Origin: Laetmonice hystrix
Taxonomy: Eukaryota
Direction of reading: 5' to 3'
Length of the DNA stretch: 64,000 nucleotides
Assembly: GCA_965235115.1 (NCBI GenBank)
Contig: OZ249436.1
Span: forward strand, 36,768,001-36,832,000
Positions within the stretch are counted from its first letter, which is position 1. Each line of letters starts with the position of its first letter. The notes below the pieces were generated by a model. It did no database searches. It worked only from the letters and a program-made list of their open reading frames with translations, and had not been told where the DNA came from. The position numbers were made by a program, and so were the translations under genes. This document shows positions 48,376 to 62,135 of the stretch, one piece after another.

Positions 48376-51300
48376 CGCCCTGACCCGATAACTGGCGATC
48401 AACGATCCTTAGCGATGATTCTTAAGTGCCGCGATTGGGTCATTGTCCACCGGGTATACTTGGATGCTGAACCGGTTGGCAATGTCCATAAACATACACA
48501 TACAATGTATTAATCCTAGACCCACTGACATATATGAGCTGTAAGGACTCGATACCATTCTGTAGGTGCAGATCCATAGACATCATGGATACAATCATAG
48601 TCTACACCAAATCATACCGCATTGGAATCCTATAACGGGGAACATATTCAACATCTAGCTCCAGCAGCACCAAAGTCCAGACAACTCCGTCTGAAATAAT
48701 TTCGTTTTGTCAGAAGCTATGCCAGAGGGCTCACTGATTCCTGTCTTATAGGATCCTGTCTGCCACTCAGATTAGAATTATGTAAGATCCTTTTAAGTAC
48801 ACGGCCTCATGCAAAAGCCTTCTCTACTGTGAGCTATGTTAGATGAATGAAGGCATACACTGTGGCGGTTGAACGGGTAAGCAGGAGACTGGATGATTGA
48901 AGGGCAGCTGGACCCTTTAATTACAAGAGCTGATTTTAGGCACCAATCCTTCAGATGAACAAGAGCACGTCATCGCTGCTTTTGTGGCACAGTACGGCAC
49001 CAAAGGCTGACCTTAACAAAGGTTAGATAAGGGCCTTGATTTAGCACTGACGTCTAAGGAAGGGCCCCATGAAAGAAGCCCTTTAGCGCACGTCAAAGAT
49101 GTCTTTGTTTGTGGAATTATAGTGATATTTCCGTCCGCTGTCGGGAGCATAGCGGAGCGTGGGTGAACCGCAGATGGAAATGTGGAATTACGGAACAGGA
49201 TTTTGGAACTTCCTGAGATAAATGCTGCTTCCGGCATATTATAGAGCAAGGAAGAAAATCTTTTGATAAGTTCCCCGAAAATAATCCGTATGCTCCTGCA
49301 TGCATCTTGTTTGATCGTGAAACAACACACATGTTCGCAGAGCTGACACATCCCTTTGTAGGGAACTTATTAGAGGCCGCAGTCGTACATTCATATCCAA
49401 GGAGAAAAAAACCCATCCCGTTTACATCAATTTCCTTGATTAAAGTTACACGTTTAAACCACCTTTCTTGAATACCTGCATGTGAATCGGATCATTTGAA
49501 ACGTCTCCAAGATAAAACAATGCAACAATGCAACAATTAAAGTTTTCTGAAGACAATCGTATTGAATTCATGAAGGCTTATGGCGTTAAACATAAAGATA
49601 AACACATGGTTCTATGTATTTCAAAGGTTGGGCTACAGATCTTTCCCTGAGGAAATATTGGAACAAAACTCCAAATGGCAGGACCGCAATCATTATACAA
49701 TTTTGTTTGATTAATAGAATTATATAAACATAGATACATCCCCCCTTTGATTTGTTTTTTTCTAATATCCTCCCAAATTTTAATTGTAAATAAACAAACA
49801 CATATGACTGAGTATGGAATTTATTATCACATTTCCAGTAGCGAAAAAAACCCAAATAAGATCAGATGGAGTGGGTTGCCGGTCTTTCGAAGCGGTCTTT
49901 AGAAGTGTACGTGTTTTTGATTTATTTAATGAGTACCCACATGTTTTTCAACGGAACAATTAACACTTCCTTTGTACATTAAAGCCATTCACAATTATCT
50001 CTTGGTTCAGTGACTCTAAAATGAAGACATGGGCTGTTAGGTAAGGCCTAAGACTACATAAATCAATAAATGTATACCCACAGAAATGGAGAAATCTATT
50101 CCATCGCCTGTTGTTGGTATGAGGCGATCGTCTTATGGCTGGTTGTTGACAAAATCGTCTGGCCTGTCATGGACTTGAACAGCCAATAAAATCCATCGGG
50201 CCATGAATTATGAGATAATCGTGAATGGCTTTAGGAACAATCGTATCTTTATTATAAAACCATATTTCCTATGTATAAATGAGTGTATATTTTGACTACT
50301 GATTTAGTTTCCAAGTCGGCGACAACCCAGCTGGCGCAGAATGTTTAATAAACGTTTTAAGAAGGTTATAATGTTTGTATAAAAAGTTTGCATTATGTTT
50401 TGTGAGCGGGTGTGAACTGGTAGCCAGGCCACTGTCGGAGGCTGCTCTGAACTCACTTCCTGCCGCACAATCATATTCAGTTTTGCTCGTCTTATTGTCA
50501 GTTAAAGGAGCTATTTCACTTTTAAGTAAAACTTTTCAGTTGTACATGGTTGTACATGGTAGTCACATTTGAAACACACTCTCTGAACGCCTGAACTCGT
50601 AATGTCATGTATTACTTAATACAGAGAGATTAAAAACGGATCCATTTTATTGTTGTTGTCTCATGATTTTCCTAATTATCTTTTGCACAGTTACCAAACA
50701 AATGCAAAAAATAAATAATTAAATAGTTCAGTTAATCCGATATTGGATTTGACAAATTATGGAAACATTTTTTGGCCTTTTTTTATTTGTTTACCACGAC
50801 TGATAATGTGGGAGGTCCTGTTACTTTCCTGAAAATTTTATTTTGTTAAGTCCTCAATGAAACTAAAATACGGCAATCCTGGCATACTGTCAAATCGCTG
50901 AGGAAGTAATGAATAAGTACAAAAGGAAAAACCATAAAGAAATGCACTGTGACTCTATAATGACTTCGCGAGGGAAGAAAATGAAATGTAATATTAAGTT
51001 ATGACAACATACCTGAGAAAATCAATATGCCGTTTCAATTACTTGCACTTGGACTACATATCGTTGTGACTTATACACAATATTTTAATCTGCCGCCTAC
51101 CTGAAATAATCCACCATTGGGAGTTACTTAAAACATTTGGATATATAGTTCGTGATCCAATTTAATAATCTCCGTGATAAATACAGGCAGGTTGGATACC
51201 ATGGGGAGAGATGTAAGCCGATCTATACGATTGTAATGGTGTTTGGCGAAGGAATTTTATTACGTCGGGACCAGGGTGTCTGTTCGTGTTACAATCGTTC

Positions 51301-51871
51301 ATTATTAAATGAATTCGATCTTTCGGATTTCAAATACTTCTTGGATTCTATATGCTGTATTTTCCATTTTGAAATTAATAGAGTATACATGTCAGCGACC
51401 CGATCTGAATCATGAGGGACAGATCATGTTCGAATCTGAGAAGGTATAAGAGGCAAAACGTTCGAGCGCTAATGGTATGAATTAACTTATGATTTCGTAT
51501 GAAACATTGGCTTCAGGTGCAATATTCTGGCATAATGAAGTCTTTCTTTTATCGCACCAAAAATATTACTGGAAATCAATGCTTCCCTAGTATGGCGTAT
51601 TGCCGGTATGCATGGTTCTATTTCTGAGGGTTGCAGGTGCAATTGCATTAAAGCCTGTTTCCATTTGGTGTTTCAGTGTTTCAACTTTCAGGAATTCTTT
51701 GGTCAGCTGAATTTGAGACCATGTTTTAATAAAGTGAGTTGTGACAATCAACATCGTGCATTTTTGAGTGTGGAATGAGGGTGGGGAGGGGGTCTCGAAG
51801 AATACCCTCTGCCATTTGTACACGACTGACATAGTGGCTAAAATGGACATGCACAACGAGGAAAAGCTGCC

Positions 51872-51873
<2 letters not shown>

Positions 51874-51920
<47 letters not shown>
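51874..51920. repeat. (GA)n microsatellite
   Basis: Direct read. Confidence 0.95.
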
Positions 51921-51925
<5 letters not shown>

Positions 51926-52699
51926 AGAGAGAGGCTCGCAACAATTGTTTAGCCAGTAATTTGCATTGCATCTTTAGAAGTACGACAAATTGTAGCCTAA
52001 ATGGTACAGCCACCAGAAAAGAAATCCATACCTAATTTGTTCGAAAATTCAATCGGGCTTGGCTAAGCCAACACCCAATTGGAACCTTGCCGTCCCGAGG
52101 TAGTAACAGTGTCCGTCGTTTAATACAATGCTTTGTTGTGTGTCTCTGTTGAGCATGTCTAGTGCTTGCGCTTAATTTTCGCATGTGAAAACATTGGAAT
52201 TAAGCGACAGTGACAGATTTGCCGAGACCTTTTACTGACCCGAGTCATTAGGTGAATGGGAAACCAAGGCGGGACTTGGCGGGGCCTTAAGTAACTCAGG
52301 TGGCATATATACCATGTCGTCGGTGCTTACAGATAGCTTCTTGCACAGATCCATACAGTTGACATGTTGTATGCAGTAAACTTTGTTTGCATAGACACAA
52401 TGCATGATAAAGCTAAGAGTTTATAATGCTATTATAATATTACATGCAAGGCGATGAAATCAGAGGTGTCAAAATATTCCCATAGACGCGTTCTTTTAAA
52501 GACAAAACCGCCTACAGTGTTTGAAAGAAAACTATAGTGTAAAAATACGTAATGTGAAAGGGACGAACAGATTGCTGCTCTCAACTGTGCAGGAAACACG
52601 ATGTCGGCCGATCCCCCGGGTGCATGAATATCGCATATAATGTGAAGGTTGTGGGGTCGAGACTCGATTTGGTATTTTTTTGTCGGGGGGGGGGGGGGG

Positions 52700-52968
52700 G
52701 AGCTTAAGCTTCTACCTTGCACTAAATTTGAAATCGGGATTGTTTTGTTCGAGTTATTGTTCGAAATGTCCTTACGTCCAAGATGGCTGCCAAGCGGTCA
52801 TTTTGAAAGATATAACAAATCTCCTTCACGTGCATCATTCTCGGACCGTCCCTGATTATTGTGTAAAGTTTCATACAATTTGACCAATACACTTCTGAGA
52901 AATCGCTGTCACGGACGGACGTACGGAGGCCGAAATATAAGCCCCCGCCCCTTCCGGTTGAGGGCTAA
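52700..52968 (+). mobile_element. 3' part of a Helentron/HINE-like non-autonomous element
   Basis: caagatggctgcc...cattttgaa core, then aagtttcat...ttctgagaaa, a (ggac)n microsatellite and a terminal GC hairpin agcccc...gggct. This order is typical of DINE/HINE elements. Confidence 0.55.
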
Positions 52969-53870
52969 ACACTATGTAGTTAAAACAGTGGGAGGTAACA
53001 TTGTGTGCCCAAGCTTATTTATTATGTAGGACCTGCATTTATAACGTATTTCTCTAAGTAGCTCTTCTACCTTTCGCAAAAGTGACTTTTTTTCTAATCC
53101 ACACAACAGAAAGGAAAGGGCGAGTCTCTGCAGACACCTTCATCAATATTTCAGTGGCATAGCTCTAGCGTGATATGATTTATTATAATACGGAAATACA
53201 ATATAAAGGCAGACCCTAAAATTCCTGAGTCGGCGAATAAAAACCCGACTAACACCCGACTCGATTAAATCACTGTCAGGTATTTTGATTCCGTCCGTCA
53301 GACTGATGATGCTATAACACCGCAGTGGGGGCTGACGGAGGGGGGTGAGGGTAATATCAGACGACGCTCCTGCATATGCAATAAAAATGCCCTTTGATAC
53401 CCTACCCGCTGCCGAATCACTGCAGCTTCCTGCCGACCCATTGGCCGCCTGAGGTTGGGTGAGGTCGTGGGCCTTCAGTCAGAGAGCGTGGAGGTGGCAG
53501 GTCACAGGCGAGACGACTGTCTGGGCGTGGCTACATGACCACGAGAGGGCGTCGTGGTCGCCACCCCTCGCCTAGCCCGCGCTCCATATATCATCTGTGC
53601 GTGATGTATCGGTAGCAATGTATCAACTACCACTTAGCTACTCCTTTGGTGGGCAAATAACGTGAAAGCCATCAACATGGCCTATCTTGGCCCGGCTCTT
53701 TCGCTTCAGTCAGCCGTACTTTTCCGCAGACGATCCACTCGTTGTAGCAGCACACGTGAACAGGACGTGGAGACATGGTCGGAACAAAAGGAAATAGACC
53801 GCAATAATAAGGAAGAGGTGCAGGGTTAGCAAAGAGGAAATTGATCATTTACTTTCAATTAGAGGAATAC

Positions 53871-53872
<2 letters not shown>

Positions 53873-53951
<79 letters not shown>
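53873..53951. repeat. (GA)n microsatellite
   Basis: Direct read. Confidence 0.95.
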
Positions 53952-53958
<7 letters not shown>

Positions 53959-55436
53959 GGAGCGAGGGAGAGGGAGGGAATGACAGACAGAAAACTAAAT
54001 ACAAAAAGGAGGAAATCTATAGAGAAACAGGAGCAAAAGAGGGAAGGTTTATGTGATTGTAATGGTTAAATAATTATTGATATATGAAATATTTTAATTG
54101 CAGTATGCTTTAATAATACATAGCCAGGATTAAGAATGTGTGGGCGGCTTGGTTTGGGCTCGCGTTTGGACGGATCTGCCCATATGAAATTTGCCGATTA
54201 AAAAAAAAGCAAAAACAAAGCAGGGACTATAGTTCCTTCCTCATCCCAACGGAGCTAACTACTCCTACAAAACAAGAAACGATGTAATTTCAGTTGGCAC
54301 AGAGAGTACGTCCTCCTAATATATAGCAACGATGGGTACGTTGAGAACATGGACGGTATAGCAGCTCAAGAAGCGCGCTGGTTTATTAGGGTGTTAAGCC
54401 ACGCTGATTACAAGCAGGGTTGTTTTTCCCCATTGATTAGTCGTGAGAATAGGGGCAAGGTAAAACTGCACCCGGTTGAAAAGGGAACCCGAATATTTTG
54501 CTAAGGTAGATTCAGTATAGGATCGGCTCAGTAGACGTATTTGTCTGTAGCAGTAATTACAGAGCAAGGATACCCTTCACCCTCAACCACCAATGATGGG
54601 CAGGGCTTGGATTGACCAGTCACCGACCGCGTCTCTTTTAGCTCATTATACAGGCATGCTGTCCTCTTAATGGGTCAATCAGTCAAGGCCCCACTCCAAA
54701 CGACGAAACCTTCTATTAATACGCCAGTGGCTTTCTTGAAAACAAACGTCAGCCATGCATATACAATCTCGTAAATCAGGATGCCCTTGTTCGGGTAATA
54801 ATGAAGTACTTGAGTACCACAGTAGTCACTGATGCTATCTCAGCGACCCCCCCCCCCCCCCACACACTCGCCCTCCCTCCATCTCCTCACCACCAGGCTC
54901 CCATCAGATCCAATGCCACACTCTTGATGCGTGCGCCTGAGCGTCTCGAAGAGCAAGGCTAGATGCCAATTTAGACCATGTATTTGCACATGCACATGAC
55001 TGGGCATCCCCGTAGGGTTTCAAGTGGAACTCAAGGATCGAGCCATGGTTGGCAGGAGAAGTGTTTTAAACAACCACAACTGAGGCAGGTACAGCACAGT
55101 GCCTTATCTTCCATCTCCCGTGTGATTGATTACAGGAAACACAACCATTTCAGTTTTCTCTCTCAACATCCCTGCAGGTAAACAAAAAAAAACAACCCCA
55201 AAAAACCACACACACACACAACCGCCCCTCTCCTGACGAAACGGTTTGCGTAGTTTTTGTTCAAATGCATGGTCTGCGGCCCAGGGGTAACTACTCAGTC
55301 GGTCTGTCATAACGCCCGACCATGCCACACTGAGCGCGATCTGATAGTCGGTATTGGGAGGCTATGCGAGCGACACCACTCGTTATTTACTTTTGATCCA
55401 CCTAGCGGTTTAAAAGAATGAAATCCTGGTAGCTTG

Positions 55437-55615
55437 CGTTTGCTGCATATGGGTACGATTGGGTGCTGAAGAAGAGGAGGCTGGGCTGGAATAGGCGTCA
55501 GGTCTGGGCAAAGCCCTGGCTATTACGACGGGATAAATTGCCTACACGGGCATTGTGCGCGAATTGCACGAGGACCACCAACGGGTATCGGAACTTCTTT
55601 AAGGAGAACCCTGAC
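55437..55615 (+). pseudogene. Degraded N-terminal fragment of a PIF/Harbinger (HARBI1-like) transposase
   Basis: With two frameshifts it reads KKRR...RRQVWAKPWLLRRDK / AYTGIVRELHED / GYRNFFK. This matches the RRxWVxPWLxRR..G.Y..L..EL..ED...F.NF.R pattern I recall for Harbinger transposases. Confidence 0.5.
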
Positions 55616-58214
55616 TATAAATAGGACCAACATGGCACCTGCCTCAGTAGCCCAGCAGATTTGAAATGTGATAGGTCTCCACCCCACTTTTCAAATGTTT
55701 GCAAAATAACTAGAAACAGAGATCATACACTTCAAAACTGTTCTATTAGAAGCAGAAGATACATGGACCAATAATATATACTTGACATAAAAATCAACCA
55801 ACCCCCTATTTTCTGAAATATGTGACAGGAAATCTATGTTCTCTCTGTGTTTGCCAATTTGAATTTCCCAGTAAGTGGTCATGTGACCCAACGCGTCATT
55901 CAGTGGGAGGAGCATAATGAGTTTCTGTATCTGCTTATTATCACGATGCAGACGTTATATTGTGCTCTTTATTGGATTATGAACAAAGTTTACTGGTATA
56001 ACTTCACCAAACTAGGAGGTCTTATGATTAATCGGCACGCTATACATATTATTAAAATTTCTCCGACGTCCAAAGTATCGCCTCCCATGATATCGTGTAA
56101 ATCTGTGACCCAGCAGTGCCTTATTACCTCTCATGGCAACACGTCCGATTTTGTTCCATGTGTTCGTAGGTTGTCCATTAATAACACTCGCCTCTGAAGA
56201 CTGGGCCCGACATTTCAATTTCCTCACTCGGTGTCGCCCGTTCGGAACCCGTGTCCAGACATCGTGTCGGCTGACGTCAACCCTTCATCGCTGGTTTCCG
56301 TTTGCGAGGGATGTGTCTCTCCTTGCCACAGCTCGGCGGTCGGCACCATCGTGACAGGGTGTCCATTTCATTGCAGGTCATCGAACTTTACCTCTTCGGT
56401 GTCTTCCTGCAAGGAAAACGCTCTGAGTTCTGGCTTGTCTTCTTATCGCAAAGTAAAGCGAGAAAATTGCCCGAGGAAACCTCTGAACTGGAGTAATCAT
56501 GGATGGGTGTTATTAACAAAATACAAAAAATAGAAGTGAATAAGTATAAAGAAACCATTTATAAAGACTAGAATAAGGAGCATATTGTTATTCGATGAAT
56601 ATCAATGTAATTACTGCATGTTTGTTGCAAAACCTTTTTTCTTATAATGATGCAGTTCTTACTCTTCTGGCTATTAATCTAATTCTACCTCTAAAATAGC
56701 TGTTGCTATTAGATTTAGTACTCTGCCAAGCACTGTGATACTGATGTCCTTTTTTTACAGATTAAATTGCTATAATTAAAGGTTGATTTTTGTCACCTAG
56801 GTCGACTTATATTGTAATCTACAAGTGGAACTTAACTTAACCAGTTTTTGCGACTGCAAATTCCTCTTCATTCGTCAATGTGCACTGAAAGCAAAATAAT
56901 AATGGCTTCAACATTATAATGGCTTTAACATGCTTTTCCGAAAGCCTTTCTTTATTGAGTTTTGAGGCCGCACATACACAGGACTTCATCAAGGCAAGGA
57001 CACCGGCAATGTCAAATATATTTTCTCCCTTCTATGTGCATGACGAAGAACAAAAATCTCAAAATGAGTCCCTTTGTCTTTTTCATTCCTGAAAAGGGAT
57101 CAAGACCTCCCCTACACTCCCCACATACTCAGTGCGCGCAACTTTAGGACCCGGCCAGAGGAGGCCCCGCCTGGCCATTTGTGTAACATTTTATAATCAT
57201 GTTATCGCCACAAGGATGACCTAAGTTGCCGACATGTGTTAAATCACCACTACTCACACACACGTTCGATCCATTAAAACTGTTTTAGCGAACACAGGCG
57301 ATGGCACATGCATTCGGGCACACTTCCAACATAGTTTCGCAACACCTCCCTTCGAACACTAAATCTTATAGTAATATGCAATTCTGAGCAGCCCTGTCCA
57401 AAGGGAGTTCAATTTTTCATATCGTCTTCAACTCGTAAATAAGAAACAGCGGTGATATTCCCAAAAGGGATGTTGGCAGCAGCTGTTGCTATACAAATGA
57501 GGTTAGCAAACTTAATATACTGCGACAACGTTTGACGGGAAGACGGGCTCTACCAATATTTCCGGACAATTATTGGCGCCATCAGCGAGATTTTCACATA
57601 CAAAGAGGATGGTATATATGTCTAGAATAGATTTAATTTCTCATATAGGAATAACAGACGGTGACAGGGCTATTGTAGAATGTTGTCATGTCGCCTGATG
57701 TCGCCAAATTGACTGCTTAGACCCAGACAGTGTTGCTCAATCCGTGTATGGCCGTTTCTCAATGTACTTGAAGCAGTCGCTATGATAGAAAAGTTACACA
57801 TGGGGGGCGCACGTAGGTACCTGGGTACGAGCATCTGTTGACGGTTGAATATTCTTTCACCATTTGCAACGTTGCTGTAGGTACGGCGTGGAGAACATGT
57901 ACATCACATTTCCAATTATACTTTCTTTCGTTAAAATATTTTAGTTGGATATTTTCTAGAACATTCTGTATATCTCTTGCTCTGATATAGACATTGCTTG
58001 ACAAGGCCCTTTAGGCTAATAACAATTTCTAGCTACTTAAGAACGTTGGCTAGTGAAAAAAGCGACGGTAAAAAGTGCTCTTTTGTATTTGCTAGTATGT
58101 CTGTTGTGGATTCAGGCAAAATTTACGAAAATAGTTTCCTGATTATTTTCTTTCAAAAATTGACATTTGATGCATGGGGGTACACACTTTGTTAGCTACT
58201 TGTTTATAATGAAG

Positions 58215-58421
58215 TTGTGGTGATCTCGGAATTACCACTTAGTGACGTCATTAAGTCTTAATAACGAGTTAATGACGTCACTAAGTGGTAATTTTAAAAT
58301 CACCACAATTTTTTTTCTCTGAAACGAACGCGATTAACTCGTAATAACGACTTAGTGACGTCATTAAGTCGCAATAACGAGTTAATGACGTCACTAAGTG
58401 GTAATTTCGAGATCACCACAA
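58215..58421. repeat. Tandemly duplicated palindrome (MITE-like)
   Basis: ttgtggtgat..ttaccacttagtgacgtcattaa / ttaatgacgtcactaagtggtaa..atcaccacaa at 58215-58308, partly repeated at 58350-58421. Confidence 0.75.
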
Positions 58422-60266
58422 TTTTTTTCTCTTCATGCCCCCAACAGGGCCCCGTACTACGCTATGTCCGCAGTGTGAAAGAAATTCTTGTCACACCCAG
58501 TTCCATGAATAGTTTCGATGCTATTAGAATCCGAGTCGTCAACGTTTGATAAAGGCTGTGCATAGACGATTGATCCAAACGGGCGTAAAACGAAAGCGTT
58601 CCATCCCTGATATTGATTATCACGAGTTTTAATATAAATTTTGAGATTCCCCTTCGACATTTAATTAAAGCTATTACCCGGACGGCTCGTGTTCCTGTTG
58701 GCAGGCATAATGGGAAGTTTTTGTCGAACCATCGCGGACATTATTATATCCGTAAGTTAGGATGATCGAGTGCCCCAGTCGGTAGAGCTGCTCCCTGTCG
58801 GTAACTTCCGAACGAGAAGTACAGTTTTCGTTTATATATAGTCCATTTTGTTGTGGTGATGTTGAGGATAGTACAGAATGAACCCGAACAACCGGGACAA
58901 TGTTCAACTCTTTTCGATAAGTGGCAATGGCTCTCTGGAACCTACAGTAACCCCACGTTTGCTTACGGATTTACGGATTTATACCTAGCCTTGGGCAGTC
59001 GTACCACATTAAGGCTGAGCGATGGCCATAGTAATGATAGTGGGAGTAACAGCCCATATCGCGGGCAGATGGACCAATCAGAAAGTAGAATGTGGAACCG
59101 GCAAGAAGAAAGCCCCATTCGAACTGGTCCTCAGCCAGCAGCTCTTACCGCTCTCATTTACAGTATTTCAAGACCGCGGACCACCTTTGCTAATTACCCT
59201 CTTTTGTCTATGTCTATACCAATGGATCATCAACTTCGCGACAGAAAAAAAGCAACAAGGAAGACTTGTTCTCATCCTAAAGATGGCCAACAGTTTCCAC
59301 CACAGCATTAAACTACCAATCCAATATATACACCACCACCTATACCAATTGATGTGTACACTTAAGTGGACTTCAGTTGGCGTGAACAAACTCTGATTGG
59401 TTCGTCAGCGATGCGCACAGCTAGGCATTCTTTAGAAAAATTGTAGGTTTTAATTTATTACGTAGCGATGGGTGCTGGTAAACGTCGCAATTGATTCTAC
59501 AACGGCAAACCCGGAGCATATTAAGAATTTTCAAAACCTATTAATTTTATTCAACGTCTATGTTAACGTTCCTATTGGGCTCTTGGTAAATATCGTTATT
59601 TCCCAGCATTACGTTTTAAGGGCGTACTTAGATGTTTCAACAAACATGCTATTGATGTGGTAACCAGAACCAAATGCAATCAAGATTTAATAATTATACG
59701 TACAATCAAACAAGGGATGAATTGTGAGAAAATTCTGTTAAAATTTAGGCCTGCTCTATACACATACACTCTGTTATATCTTCACATGAAGAATGAAATA
59801 TTTTGGGGGACCCCTAGAATTCTGTATCAAATAACTCTTTGATGATTATATCTTTTATGGAAACTTTTATGAACGTTTAAAGTGATTTCCAATAATCCTG
59901 GCACTTATAATCATGAGAACCACATAGAATATTATTGTTTCTGTGCGAGAAAGTATAAATATAACTCTTATCGTATAATTGGGTGTGTAAAATGCAGCAT
60001 ACATTGCCCACTGTTATACTCAAATCCATACATCCCAACAGCCTCGAACAGTCGCCGATCGACCAAGCGGGATATTGCGGGACAGGTAATCATAGACTTG
60101 CTTCATAATCTCACTCAGGACACATCCTTGTATATACCTCAAACTTGTTTGCTCACGATATGTATCCTTTATTGAAATTCTTCGGACATTTTTTAATCTA
60201 AGAACTAGTAGTTGTCACCTAACAATAACCTAATGTCACTTTGTGGTAATAACATCCAGGTCCATG

Positions 60267-60355
60267 AGATAGATAGATAGATGGGGAGATGCGGAGATAG
60301 ATAGATGGATGGGGAGATAGATGGGGAGATGGGGAGATAGATAGAAAGAGAGAGA

Positions 60356-60397
<42 letters not shown>
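60267..60397. repeat. (GATA)n/(GA)n compound microsatellite
   Basis: Direct read. Confidence 0.9.
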
Positions 60398-60398
<1 letters not shown>

Positions 60399-61945
60399 GC
60401 ACAGAGACCTATGCAGCCTGGGCTTACGAAAATCAGTGCATGGGATGCAATTGAAACAAACGGGGAAGACGAAATTAATGTTAGATAATCAATTTTATTC
60501 ATCCTTTGACAAGTTTGACATGGACAAATTAATGATGAGTAAAATTGAGTATCTAACATTCGCGTTTCGTCAATGCACTGATTTTCGTACCTGCTGGTGC
60601 CAGGCTCCATTTGGGTTGTGGAAGAAAAACAATACTAATTCGGTCAACTCTAACTGGATTTAGTAAATTGACACACCATTGGAAAGAAGAGGGTTTGGCC
60701 TATCAGATACACTTATATAACTTATATCTAGTTAGTATCATTTTTCACAAAATGATGATATTTTAGGATTTTTTTTTGTTTCTGAGACGCCCTGTATATC
60801 CGGTGGGCAAAAAGAACACACAAAAAACAACTGGAACACTAATTTCTTAAATATAACACAGTTAACGTAGTACCACACGTCTAGATCTCTGTGTGAAAGT
60901 TTCTGATGAAATGTGTCAAAACAGAGTCTGACCGGCCACCTGTTTTGGCAGGTCAAATTTGAATGACAGATCTGATGTCGCGTCATTCTTCAGGCACATC
61001 GGAACCAACCCTGCCTAAGCCGTGCGGTATAATCTTTATGGCATTGCCCGATATCTCCTGAAGAATATTCACTCGCCCCGCTCACCTCCTCGTCCAGTCC
61101 CTCCGTGGAAGCAGCTTTAGTTTACCATGCATGCTATACCTTACTTGCCTCCAATTCCTGACCGCACGTAGAAGGGTCGTTTAATTGGATGAAACCCGGC
61201 CCCTGATGCGTTTCTTCTCCCAGATCTTCCCCTGGCCTCAAGTGGCTTCTTCTTGTGGCATTGATCCCCGACAGTCAGACCAATGGTAAAACAGTACCGT
61301 CTCCTGGGCCTACGGGTCTAATTTGTGACGGGCAAACAAAGGGAGCTGTTCGCGGAAATATCTGGTGCCACCTTATGCACATATCTTTTTATCAGACTCG
61401 ATGTCGATGGCACCTGGAGACATCGATGTTATTCAGCAGCCATGGATTACTAGTGATCTGTCGACAGCTGGAGGTCTAATTGGGACACTAAAAGGTCGAC
61501 ATAGTCACTGTGGAGGTAATGAGTAGCTCTGAGATGGGGAAAGACGCTGAGGTGATGTTGTGGCGACGTTGCTTGGCATTTCTCTGCACTCTATAATGAC
61601 TGCAGTTTCAGATTGTGTTGTGGAAGGGTACTTTGGCTGTTTAGCACTTACCTGGCAGCACCTGACTCGAATAATGTTTGAAGCTACAAAGGGAACACGT
61701 TAGTGAAGGTGCCTTCTTTACAGGCCTATTGTCCTTCTACAAATCCTAGAGCAGGTTCTCCCGCTTATCTAGGTCAGCGAAACATAACGACCAGTCGTTT
61801 TCCTGCATTCGTCACCTCTGATTTGCAATATGTGATTCAACATCATTGTCATTCTGCAATTGTTGCTGATACACCAAGTAGGCCCGACGTTCCAGTGGTG
61901 TAGATCTAATTACCATGCATCTGAGGCACAATGAAACTGGCTTCA

Positions 61946-62135
61946 AGCTGGGAGCACATGTCCGTCCAAAATGGTGCGATCGACGTACGTCAACCGGATA
62001 CGGCTGGTCGCATGCGATTTACGCAAGCGTGCCGTCCATTGCAACGCAATACATTTATTTTCGATCCGTAAATCGCACCCGTTTGACGTAGGCCTACGTC
62101 TATCGCACCATTTTTACGGACACGTGCTCCCAGCT
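61946..62135. mobile_element. Palindromic MITE in a TNA context, with an extra copy of one arm at 62174-62221
   Basis: tca|agctgggagcacatgtccgtccaaaatggtgcgat ... atcgcaccatttttacggacacgtgctcccagct|tta. Confidence 0.75.

Noticed and set aside
56012..56533. GC-richer block with several short ORFs
   Set aside because: All frames are interrupted and no family is recognisable.
58853..59396. Overlapping 152-aa and 124-aa ORFs
   Set aside because: No recognisable domain or consistent splice structure; possibly decayed coding sequence but unsupported.
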